DNA of 64,000 bases from IMG/VR virus record IMGVR_UViG_3300050159_000048, one strand, 5' to 3'. The notes beneath the pieces were generated by a model. It was not told the DNA's origin, ran no database searches, and was given only the letters and a program-made list of their open reading frames with translations. The DNA comes from a virus. Lineage: Duplodnaviria; Caudoviricetes. The translations under genes and the position numbers were made by a program. This document shows, piece after piece, positions 46,692-55,679 of the stretch; within the stretch, counting starts at the first letter, position 1; each line of letters begins with the position of its first letter.

Positions 46692-48505
46692 ACGCCTGGA
46701 TGGATTAGCACCTCAATCAATGTTCCCACTGCTGGTGCGGTCGCGAACACGATCGAGTTAGATGTATCACCAACCGATCCAACTTCTTGGTATGCTAGAG
46801 CGCGTGGTGGTGTGCTGGTGGAAGTTTGTGATTGAAGAGTAGTGATACTGGTGAACAAGTTCGATCCAGAAGACGGTGCTGTGATCACAACAGCGGATGT
46901 CGGACCGTACACGTCGGATGTTAAGTACAACTCTAAGAACGTACGACGCTGCTCCATGGTAACGGAGATCGATAGCGAGGCTGCTGTGAGTGCCGCATCA
47001 ATCAACATAAACAGCTCACCGTATGTTGGTTGTGATGCAATTGATATGGTGACTGGTACAGCAGCCGCACCGTTCAGCGCTACGTCAAAACCGTACACGC
47101 CAGCTGACAACCCGGTTACTCGCGTATCAATTGCTAGCGGGTCAGTGTGGCTGAATTTAGCCGTTGCCACGCCACGCTCAGACATGTACTTCTTATTGCC
47201 GTCAACAAACACTTGCAACCGATTCGATCCAACGTCATAAGTCTCACCCAAGTTGAAAGTTGTTGTAGTACCGTCGCCATCAATTAGCAGACGGTGGACG
47301 CCGCGGTAAAGTTCTGATACACTCTGATCGAGAATCTGAACAGCGGTGTAAAGCGGAATAAGAGGGTAGCCTGGGGTGCTGTCGGCATTAGCTGCAATCA
47401 CACTACGCGCATACGGCACGGTCATGTTGTAAATGACGGAAGATGCTTCGTGGGTGTGAGTAAACGGAGCCATTTGACCCGAAACAACAACGTCAGCCAT
47501 ACCTGTGCGCGAAAGTGTCAGCAAGCCTGTAGCTGAGCTGTATGAACCAGCATCAACCACGCCGTCGCTTGTACCGCCACCACCAATGCCAGAAACAGCT
47601 GTTGAGATTGCTGTATCAACATAAATCTTGTTGGTTGCGTCTGTGTTGGCGGCAGGATCACCAACAGATTGCAGGCGACGATCGCCAAACGACAACGCGC
47701 CTGTACCAGCGCTAACAAAGATGCCTGCGGCAGTGTCTAGCGTCAGAATACCGGTAATGGTGTCACCGGTCTTGAGTACGCGGTCGTTAACCGTTGCAGT
47801 GACGGCGTTAACGTCGGTGGTCAATTGTGAGTCAGATGCTTGACGATCGGAGGTCTCAGTAACCAACGCAGCTTGTACAGCAGCCACTTGTTGGTCAACA
47901 TACGCCTTGTTTGGAACGTCAATGTTTTGCGTTGGGGCGTCAGCGACAGTAATTACTGTGCCAGAACTTGCTACAATTGAACCAGTCGCTAGAGTCACCG
48001 TACCGTTTACCGTACCACCAGACGTACGCAGGTATCGTGCATCACCTGTCTGCATGTTCAAGGCATCGGTTGCCAGTACAGCATCGCCAAGACCGGTGAT
48101 CCGGTTGCCTGTTAGGTTTAGAATACCCGCAAACGAGGTCATCATTGCCACCCAGCCAGTACCGCCCCATACGTACATGCCTTGTGTCGTTGGGTCGCTT
48201 GGGTAGTTTGGATCTACATAGTCAGCGTTCTTGTACCACATCTGACCCTGCATTGGTGACAAGGGGCGAGACTTGTATGCAAAGTTCTCTGTCAAGTACA
48301 CTAAGTTGTGTTGGATCAACTCACCGTAGTCGGTGATGCCTCGGCCGGCCAGTACCAGCGATGAGTTTGATGTGACAGCGGTTGCGCCTGATGCTGAATT
48401 TACGTACAGGGCAGGAGACCACGGCAGTTGGGTGCCGTCAATCTGGAAAGGCTGGACAATGAATGACCCATTCGCAGGGTCTGTGTGCTGAAATACGTAA
48501 CTCAT
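46688..48505 (-). CDS. tail fibre-like structural protein
   Basis: LTENFA..S.PL.P.QGQ.WY, DATNKIYVD, VPNKAYVD, THTH; TAAATA at 48533; GGAG SD. Confidence 0.75.
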   Translation of the reverse strand: MSYVFQHTDPANGSFIVQPFQIDGTQLPWSPALYVNSASGATAVTSNSSLVLAGRGITDYGELIQHNLVYLTENFAYKSRPLSPMQGQMWYKNADYVDPNYPSDPTTQGMYVWGGTGWVAMMTSFAGILNLTGNRITGLGDAVLATDALNMQTGDARYLRTSGGTVNGTVTLATGSIVASSGTVITVADAPTQNIDVPNKAYVDQQVAAVQAALVTETSDRQASDSQLTTDVNAVTATVNDRVLKTGDTITGILTLDTAAGIFVSAGTGALSFGDRRLQSVGDPAANTDATNKIYVDTAISTAVSGIGGGGTSDGVVDAGSYSSATGLLTLSRTGMADVVVSGQMAPFTHTHEASSVIYNMTVPYARSVIAANADSTPGYPLIPLYTAVQILDQSVSELYRGVHRLLIDGDGTTTTFNLGETYDVGSNRLQVFVDGNKKYMSERGVATAKFSHTDPLAIDTRVTGLSAGVYGFDVALNGAAAVPVTISIASQPTYGELFMLIDAALTAASLSISVTMEQRRTFLELYLTSDVYGPTSAVVITAPSSGSNLFTSITTLQSQTSTSTPPRALAYQEVGSVGDTSNSIVFATAPAVGTLIEVLIHPGV

Positions 48506-48554
48506 CTGAGCGAACTCCAAAGATATGTTACGTATTTATGCCCCGGTTAGGCGC

Positions 48555-49838
48555 TCAACTCACCTTTTCAACGTCTCCACCAAATGCCAGCTTGAATGCG
48601 GCCAGCTGAATTGCTCGGTAGTGAGTCTTTTCAATCGCGCAATTAGTATACCACACGTCCTGTCCCAGGTCCAACGGGCATGAACTCTTGCACAACAGAC
48701 GAACCTCACACGATCCGCAATGATCGTCTCGGTTTAGGTTGACACTCTGAATGCGAATGCCTTTGATAAACATCAGGTTTCCGCCGTTATACGACTCGTC
48801 TACGTTTTGACAAGTGCGAACGTTCCCCATCATATCCATAGTGATAAGGCGACTGTCATCAACACCGCAATTCGACTTCAGTAGAGGTTTCTTTTGCGAT
48901 TGCAGTGACCGTGCGTACGGCAGCACTCCCATACCGGTATGAAACAGGTTGTTTGCAAGCAGTGCGCCCTCTCTTGTCTCACCGTACTGTCGGTATTGAT
49001 CCAGATGCGCATCCAAATACCGTGTCAGTATTTCGCGGTACTTCGGGATATCGTCACCTGTGATCACATGCATTGTTGAATTCTCTGTCATCTCCTTGTC
49101 ATATACACGACCGAGTTCGTAACTTAGCTGCTTACGTGGCAGCTGATTACGGTCAAGATAGTCAACAAAGAAGTCGTTAATGCGAAACAGATCGTAATTT
49201 GTGCGGCTAATCACAGGGTTAAAGCTGTACTGCACTTGTTGTGGGCACTCTTCTGCGATCTGCTGAAACACTTCCACCTTTTTGTGAAGAAACTCCTTGC
49301 CACGTAGGGTCTCATGGCCGGGACCGTCGTGAGAGATACCCATCGCAACATTGCCCTTGAGCTGCTTGAAGAAATCAATATGTTTGCGATGTAGTGGCGT
49401 CCCATTGGTGGGGATGTACCACGTAATTCCCTCGCGGTCAAACCTCTCCATTAGTGGAACAATGTCATTCCAATACAAAAGAGTCTCTCCGCCCCACAGC
49501 TCAAACCTCACAAGCTCAGACAAATCCAGATGCCGCTCAATGTTCTTGATCAGGATCGGAGTGACGCCGTTTGCGGCTCGTTCGTTTGGATTACCAATGT
49601 CTTTCTGCATGCAATAACCGCAGCTGTAATTACAGCCTTGACCCAGAGAGATTTTAATCGTTTCTGGTTTCTTGGTTACGTGCAGCGCTCCAAATCGGTC
49701 CTTGAGTTGATCCCACTCCGGCGGCTCAGTAAACGGAGCCGTTAACGGCGTACCATCAACACTATACAGCCCGTTTGTCTTGTTGTCGTAGAGGAATTCT
49801 GTACCAGACGTGGATACTTTGAATTTGGTTGGATTCAT
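48555..49838 (-). CDS. radical SAM/SPASM maturase
   Basis: CNYSCGYC, WGGETL, SPASM cysteines C-G...C-Q...CGSCEVRLLCKSSCP...C; short RRE-like N-terminus. Confidence 0.93.
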   Translation of the reverse strand: MNPTKFKVSTSGTEFLYDNKTNGLYSVDGTPLTAPFTEPPEWDQLKDRFGALHVTKKPETIKISLGQGCNYSCGYCMQKDIGNPNERAANGVTPILIKNIERHLDLSELVRFELWGGETLLYWNDIVPLMERFDREGITWYIPTNGTPLHRKHIDFFKQLKGNVAMGISHDGPGHETLRGKEFLHKKVEVFQQIAEECPQQVQYSFNPVISRTNYDLFRINDFFVDYLDRNQLPRKQLSYELGRVYDKEMTENSTMHVITGDDIPKYREILTRYLDAHLDQYRQYGETREGALLANNLFHTGMGVLPYARSLQSQKKPLLKSNCGVDDSRLITMDMMGNVRTCQNVDESYNGGNLMFIKGIRIQSVNLNRDDHCGSCEVRLLCKSSCPLDLGQDVWYTNCAIEKTHYRAIQLAAFKLAFGGDVEKVS

Positions 49839-50977
49839 GGTTCAGGCTTTGTTATAGTGTACAGAGGAATTACTTGACCTTGCTTCGCTTGATCGCATGT
49901 AGTATCAAACAAACCGTATGGGGTTTCAACCCACCCCTGTTGATTCAGCAGCCTGTATATGCGCGTCCACGGTTTTAGCACCAGATTGGGTACAAAATTG
50001 AAATGTGGGTTTATGGTTACGGATTCTGACACAAATTTGAAGTAGTCGTAATGCTTGTTCTGTGTGGTTATTTCACGCACATATTGTGCGTATAGATCGA
50101 TCTTAGCTTGGAGACCGCGTGAAATGAAATGGTCAACATCATCTAGACTGTCTTTCATGATATCGAACCATGGTGTGCTCTTGCCGGACGTTGCTTGACT
50201 GAGCGTAAGGAAAACAGACGTGTATTGTAGGTACGTTACCTCCGTCAGCACCTGTTTTGGTTCTGAATCCTGAGCAAAAAAGTTGGTTTCTTGATAATCA
50301 ACAGATGCTAAGGATAGTACCTGATTCAATCCCTTGGTGATATCGTCGTGCACACCAACGTGGATATCCTTGCTGTGGGCAAACTCAACTAGTTTTGTAA
50401 CCGGTTCGGATGTTTCGCCACCGATTGTGCGCACAATTACCTTCAGTTTGAGTATTGGTGACCGCGCATGTAGCAGTTCCAATTTGGCAATAATGTCATC
50501 AACGATAGCGCCATTCTTTTTGCTCAGAAACACATCACTAAATGAGATTTCGTACACACTCCTAAAACGCAAGTCGTTCATCATAATCGAGTACTGCTGA
50601 ACAAATGCGTTGTCAGACATTTGCGTAGACACCATGCGGTGAGCGTGACGTACGTAGAATTCAAACAGTGCTGGATGATGATTCTTGAGCAGGTACAAAT
50701 CATCAATCGTGCTTACAGTGTCAAAGAAGTCAAAAAACCGAAGAATCTGACGCTCAGTTGCCTCATCTACCCCCGTTGGAATATACGGAGCAAACTGGTC
50801 ACTGGGTATCCAAGCGTCGCGCAGATAACACATCTGGCACCCCGCTTTGCACATATATCGTGAAAATATTGAGAACACCACCTCTCTGGACATGTTTTCT
50901 AGCGCATCGCCAGCAACAAAGTACTCTTTGAAGTTGTTGCTGGTTAATATCGAAGGTGTTACGTGCCTGTCACTCAT
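49835..50977 (-). CDS. divergent radical SAM protein
   Basis: CKAGCQMC motif; no GGEP and no SPASM cysteines. Confidence 0.7.
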   Translation of the reverse strand: MSDRHVTPSILTSNNFKEYFVAGDALENMSREVVFSIFSRYMCKAGCQMCYLRDAWIPSDQFAPYIPTGVDEATERQILRFFDFFDTVSTIDDLYLLKNHHPALFEFYVRHAHRMVSTQMSDNAFVQQYSIMMNDLRFRSVYEISFSDVFLSKKNGAIVDDIIAKLELLHARSPILKLKVIVRTIGGETSEPVTKLVEFAHSKDIHVGVHDDITKGLNQVLSLASVDYQETNFFAQDSEPKQVLTEVTYLQYTSVFLTLSQATSGKSTPWFDIMKDSLDDVDHFISRGLQAKIDLYAQYVREITTQNKHYDYFKFVSESVTINPHFNFVPNLVLKPWTRIYRLLNQQGWVETPYGLFDTTCDQAKQGQVIPLYTITKPEP

Positions 50978-52050
50978 ATTCCTACCCAGTGCAGTAGATT
51001 AGGTTTTTGCTTTAACTTCTGCGCGTGTTGGATTGCTACCATCATCATCTGGTAGAACTGAACACATTTGTCCGACTTCGGCTCTGTATCAAACATTCCG
51101 TGGAGATACTTCAACCCACATTCAGCCCTCGACGGGCATGTCCGACACACCGGCTTCAACATCGCATCTTCTTCACTCTCAGTTTTGGAGCGAGAGATAC
51201 TCACGGGAGATCGCCAATGTCCAACGGTAGTTTCCAGACGCTTATACTCCAAGAAGTCAAACTCCGGATACAGATATCCATCTGGCGACAGCACGAGTTG
51301 TTTGTGGTCGTCAAAGTAGTGCTTATCAAACGATTGTCCATGACCATCCACAACAACATCCAACCCAACCACATATAGCATCTGGATGAATTTGATAAAT
51401 GCATCAAAGAACTGGGGTAAATCAATCCGATCGATCAGAACATCAAATTTGTCCTTGCCACGAATGTGTCGCAGAGGGATTAGATTCAATCGTTTAACGC
51501 CTCCCTTAAAGCAAACGTCAGTGATTGCCTTAAGGGCTTGTAGGCTGAATACTTTTGGATTATCCAACGGCATTACGTATTGGAACTGAATCCCCTGCAC
51601 GCCATTCGTGTGCATCATCTGTAGCGTCTCAAAAATCTCAAATTTGGATCGATTCAACTCTTGGAACAAAAAGTCGTAACTAATACTGACTTCCAGCCGA
51701 GGCCCCCATTTTTCAAAGAACCATGCATGCTGAAGCATCTGACTACCATTCGTCTGAATGTAGTACGAGAATGTCTTAGCGGGGATCAGCAGCTCCAACT
51801 CGTCCATCACTCGGTCCATGATTTTGACGTATGAGAACGGCTCCCCTCCATGAAACGTGATTAGTGCAGGCGGATTCTCAACGAACCCAGCCTCCTTGAA
51901 GAAGTTCACAATGTCGGGGATGTCGACGGAGGTCATATGCTGACCTCCGATCGAGTCCTTGATGTAGTCTCGATCACAATATGTGCAGTTGAAGTTGCAC
52001 ACATTACCGAGATAAATCGTTACGCTGTTACATCCGGCTAGGGCGCTCAT
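50974..52050 (-). CDS. radical SAM protein with C-terminal Cys cluster
   Basis: CNFNCTYC, HGGEPF, QTNG, CRTCPSRAEC...C; start at coupled ATG 52050 (or 52077). Confidence 0.92.
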   Translation of the reverse strand: MSALAGCNSVTIYLGNVCNFNCTYCDRDYIKDSIGGQHMTSVDIPDIVNFFKEAGFVENPPALITFHGGEPFSYVKIMDRVMDELELLIPAKTFSYYIQTNGSQMLQHAWFFEKWGPRLEVSISYDFLFQELNRSKFEIFETLQMMHTNGVQGIQFQYVMPLDNPKVFSLQALKAITDVCFKGGVKRLNLIPLRHIRGKDKFDVLIDRIDLPQFFDAFIKFIQMLYVVGLDVVVDGHGQSFDKHYFDDHKQLVLSPDGYLYPEFDFLEYKRLETTVGHWRSPVSISRSKTESEEDAMLKPVCRTCPSRAECGLKYLHGMFDTEPKSDKCVQFYQMMMVAIQHAQKLKQKPNLLHWVGI

Positions 52051-52784
52051 ACGATTAGTTGACTCACTTCGTTCCAAAACTGGATGCGGGCGGCGATAGC
52101 TTCGCGTGCAGCAGTTTCTGCTTCCGCCACCTTCACAGGATCATCTCCGCACAACATCTCTACCACGTGTTTCATTGCTGGGCCATGTGAGTCTGTGTCC
52201 ACTTCAACGTGACGTTCGAGGTAGTATTTGAATTTGGGGGCGGACACGCCGTTGATCTCTAGCTGATCGATGAGTTTTGTAAACATGCTAGGAATGACAA
52301 GCTCGCGCCCGTACGCCAAAGCTGCCGCTACTACGTGTGGTTTGGCTGAGGTAGCATGCGCAATCGTTGTGCGGCAAAATGTCCGCGACGGTGTGGGGAT
52401 ATTGCTGAGGGCCATCAACATTGGTGTACCAGCCTTTAGTTGCTGAATGAAGTTCAACACGTTTGTGGTATCAGCACCAATCTCTCGCATCGCATCAATG
52501 TATAGTTCAAAATGACTCAAAATACCAAATGGCGTTTGATCGGTTTCTTCCCCTGTAACAATTTCGTTAATTAGTCGCCCTATTTCAGGTTGCTGAGAGG
52601 GGAGCCACGGTAAACCCGAAGGGGCGACCGTGTGCTGCAAGGACTTAGTCAACAGCATGAAGTCCCACACAGCAAACACGTGGTGTTCCATCAACACCTT
52701 AACACCGTTGATTGACACGTCAACGGAGAAGATTGGATGGTTGTTCAGTTCGTATGTTAGCTGAGAAACGGAAGGTGTTGTCAT
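52047..52784 (-). CDS. DUF3050 heme-oxygenase-like (PqqC/CADD fold) diiron oxidase
   Basis: HHVFAVWDFM, RLINEIV.GEETD, SHFELY..AM, GRE..IP.MF, YLERHVEVD.DSH. Confidence 0.88.
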   Translation of the reverse strand: MTTPSVSQLTYELNNHPIFSVDVSINGVKVLMEHHVFAVWDFMLLTKSLQHTVAPSGLPWLPSQQPEIGRLINEIVTGEETDQTPFGILSHFELYIDAMREIGADTTNVLNFIQQLKAGTPMLMALSNIPTPSRTFCRTTIAHATSAKPHVVAAALAYGRELVIPSMFTKLIDQLEINGVSAPKFKYYLERHVEVDTDSHGPAMKHVVEMLCGDDPVKVAEAETAAREAIAARIQFWNEVSQLIV

Positions 52785-54496
52785 AGTTTCACGATTTTGT
52801 GTGGTTTGTTGCCGTCTGCTTTGTTCAAAACTAGCATGTGGATCAGCGTAAGATAAAACACTCGTTTGTTGATGTCGTCAATCGTTTGATTGCTGCTTGC
52901 TTGACTTGGGTGGCCAGCGCGAGCCTGCCAGCGCTCGTAGAACGTCTTGACGTCCAAGGGATCGTCGGAGCCAACGTACGGCACAAAACTTTCTGCTTCA
53001 GGCAAACTTGTCTCATTCGACTCAACCATCGTCCAAAACACACCAAGTGTTTCCTGATAGTCGGGAAGATCATTCACCATAGCACTGACACGCTCAGAAG
53101 TGATGTGCTGGCCGGTGATGTGCTTATACATCAAGTGGACAATTGCCTTTGCGAACGCCTTTTGCTCTCCCATTTCGTTAACAGCTGTCCTCAGCTCGTT
53201 GTACTTCTGGATGAACACCTTATGGACAATATCGTCCTGCAAAGCAAGGAACAGACGGACGATGTTCTGACACATATCATCAGGACGAAACAGTTGTCCA
53301 GTGCCTGTATCGGTGTTACCAGCTGGGCATTGGTAGCAGAATCCGCGCAAGTCGCAGGTCTTGCATTGTTCTTCCTTGATAAACATCTCTTCGTATGCGG
53401 TCTGGAAGTTGTGATAGCGATCAACGTACACCAAATTATGCAGAATGTTGCCAAGCATTGTGTGCGGAACGGCTGTTTTCTGGTTGGTAAAGAAGTAGCA
53501 GCCAGAATAGTCGCCAGTTGCATCAACTGCGATCATATCAGAGCCAACCATGCAGTTATTGCCTTCTTTCTGGCCAACACCTTCACTGAATTGGATTTCA
53601 AATCCGGGTAGTGTCTGGAGCAGATGGACAATTGTCTTGTGCAAATTATCCCATTCGGAGGTACTCCACTGGATAAATCCGCCCTTAGAGCTCATCGTCA
53701 ACGGGTGAATAACCATAGTACGCAGGCCTTTCGCGTACAACGTCGTTGCCAGTTCTTCCAAGTACCGGGCATTTTCCACCGCAATAGTGCAGCGAACGCT
53801 GACCATATGATTGTTTTTGTGGAACTCTGGGATCAAGCCAACCATTTCAACAATGCGGTTGATTTTCTCCTGTCCAATTTCGCGGTGATCAACGTCTGCG
53901 CGCAGAGTATCCAGACTGATCGACATACACGTAAACTTATGGGAGAAGTACTCTGCAATGAATTCTGGAGTTAGCAGCAGACCATTGGTAATCATACCAA
54001 TATTCTGCCTATTCGTGTTTTGACGCAGGTCTTCTGCATACTGGCGGAGAAATTGCAGAATTAACTTCTTGTGGATCAGTGGTTCGCCGCCAAAAAATTG
54101 AAACAGTTTCCCGTCATGCTTATTCGCATTTAGTTGGAAGTCATACACTTGTTTCAGCGTCTCGGGCGTGAACCGGCCGTAGTCGTGGCTATGTTGTTCA
54201 TAGCAGTATGAACACGACAGGTTACAAGCGTTTGTAAGGATCAGGTTGACGTGCCGCAGGTCCTTAAATAGATGCGGCACGTGTTCGAGCTTTGCGACTC
54301 GCTCGGCTGGGCCCGGAGCAACCAAGTACTCTGTTAGTTCCTTCTCATGGCCGTCTGGCGTGACAATCGTCTTAATGTTGGTAGCGATTGTACCGTCGGT
54401 ATTGAGGTAGACAGACGGCTTATGAGCATCAAAGCGCTTGTATTGAGCGTCTGTGTATGTCTTTTTGGGATAGAACTTGATTACGCCTGTTTTCAT
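52781..54496 (-). CDS. radical SAM/SPASM peptide maturase with N- and C-terminal extensions
   Basis: CNLSCSYC, FFGGEPL, C.VG..MIAVD..G..SGC, CKTCDLRGFCYQCPA...C. Confidence 0.95.
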   Translation of the reverse strand: MKTGVIKFYPKKTYTDAQYKRFDAHKPSVYLNTDGTIATNIKTIVTPDGHEKELTEYLVAPGPAERVAKLEHVPHLFKDLRHVNLILTNACNLSCSYCYEQHSHDYGRFTPETLKQVYDFQLNANKHDGKLFQFFGGEPLIHKKLILQFLRQYAEDLRQNTNRQNIGMITNGLLLTPEFIAEYFSHKFTCMSISLDTLRADVDHREIGQEKINRIVEMVGLIPEFHKNNHMVSVRCTIAVENARYLEELATTLYAKGLRTMVIHPLTMSSKGGFIQWSTSEWDNLHKTIVHLLQTLPGFEIQFSEGVGQKEGNNCMVGSDMIAVDATGDYSGCYFFTNQKTAVPHTMLGNILHNLVYVDRYHNFQTAYEEMFIKEEQCKTCDLRGFCYQCPAGNTDTGTGQLFRPDDMCQNIVRLFLALQDDIVHKVFIQKYNELRTAVNEMGEQKAFAKAIVHLMYKHITGQHITSERVSAMVNDLPDYQETLGVFWTMVESNETSLPEAESFVPYVGSDDPLDVKTFYERWQARAGHPSQASSNQTIDDINKRVFYLTLIHMLVLNKADGNKPHKIVKL

Positions 54497-55416
54497 AATG
54501 GTACTATGATGTATGTGAATGATGGGTGTTCGTTATAAACTGGTGATCCGATGAAGCCACCAACGTCGTGTGTAATCGTCAATACGCCTATTGTGCCCTT
54601 GCATGGGGTTTGAACTACAAACTTCCCACCCTGTTGCACTACATCAACATTGGAAACCACTTCCCAAGTATCGGTCTGGATATGTGGGTCCAAGTCCGAA
54701 GCTTTAATTGGAGAATATCGCGGATTTAGTAGGTTGATCTCGAAGCTTGACCCAGATACCGCTATGATTCCAGACTGCACTGCCGTCACATTAGCTGAAA
54801 ACCAGGGATCATACAACGCGTGCTTAAAGGTCTCATTGCCTGCGACACGCACCCAAGTGCATTGGCGTTCAATATCAACAAAATCAAAGCCGTCTGTAAC
54901 TCGCACCAAGTCACTGTTGAGGAACATAACGTAGACGGGTAAATGCCCCACTCGAACAAAGGTGGCCAGCGGAACGAGCCTCACACGAGGACCATTATCA
55001 GTTGAGTGAACCGCACCGTTGCGCACGTTCACGATTTGACCATCTTGTTGGCGAGCATATAGGCCCATCGACGGCAGGATCGCAGATTCGTGGATTTGCG
55101 GCAGATTCGTGACTGTTCCTACAAACACGCTCTCATACACACCCGAATCTAAAGCATCCATTGCGGCATGTGCGTAGATTGGAGCCATCATGGATGGCAA
55201 CATCTCTTGGGAGTCTGGATTGATCAAAAAGTGAGCAAAGCTAAAAGCATCTGTGGCATTCATTCGTTGGTCACGAATCATGCGTAAGCCTGGCTTGAAG
55301 TGTGAGAAAAACTCCAATACAAGACTATCCGGCAACGTATCCACGTTCGATAGTTCTTGCATGGTAGCAAACCCTGAGGGACGTTGTCCCTCATCCATCA
55401 CTAACATATAACGCAT
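54493..55416 (-). CDS. orphan protein of the maturase operon
   Basis: coupled to the rSAM gene by a 4-nt overlap; no motif recognised. Confidence 0.8.
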   Translation of the reverse strand: MRYMLVMDEGQRPSGFATMQELSNVDTLPDSLVLEFFSHFKPGLRMIRDQRMNATDAFSFAHFLINPDSQEMLPSMMAPIYAHAAMDALDSGVYESVFVGTVTNLPQIHESAILPSMGLYARQQDGQIVNVRNGAVHSTDNGPRVRLVPLATFVRVGHLPVYVMFLNSDLVRVTDGFDFVDIERQCTWVRVAGNETFKHALYDPWFSANVTAVQSGIIAVSGSSFEINLLNPRYSPIKASDLDPHIQTDTWEVVSNVDVVQQGGKFVVQTPCKGTIGVLTITHDVGGFIGSPVYNEHPSFTYIIVPL

Positions 55417-55422
55417 ATGAAA

Positions 55423-55629
55423 TTACAGAATGCCGCGAGAGCAGTTGCAATTACAATTGCAGTTGCAAGCTGTACTGTAGTCGTCGTAGAAGATGTGGGT
55501 GTGGGATACGAGTTCGTTCAGGATCGTCAGCATGTCCTGGAACACTTGTGCTTGCACAGGATTGTCGGCTGATTGTGCAGCTGGCAGCGTTTGTACAGCG
55601 GTCTTGGTGGAAAGGTTGTCGGTTGTCAT
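55423..55629 (-). CDS. Cys-rich RiPP-like precursor peptide (core CNCNCNCNCSRGIL)
   Basis: GGAG SD; 68 aa; five Cys in CxC repeat with mixed synonymous codons; directly upstream of four rSAM genes. Confidence 0.85.
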   Translation of the reverse strand: MTTDNLSTKTAVQTLPAAQSADNPVQAQVFQDMLTILNELVSHTHIFYDDYSTACNCNCNCNCSRGIL

Positions 55630-55679
55630 ATGTTGGCTCCAATCTTGAGTTTACGATGGGTTAAGCATAAAGTCAAGCG

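Noticed and set aside
48555-54496. One of the rSAM genes being QueE for the FolE2/QueD pathway
   Set aside because: All are 367-571 aa, three carry extra C-terminal Cys clusters, and they are coupled to a Cys-rich peptide gene; QueE is about 220 aa and lacks these.
55440-55468. CNC tail as a DNA microsatellite artefact
   Set aside because: Codons alternate tgc/tgt and aac/aat, so the repeat exists at the protein level.
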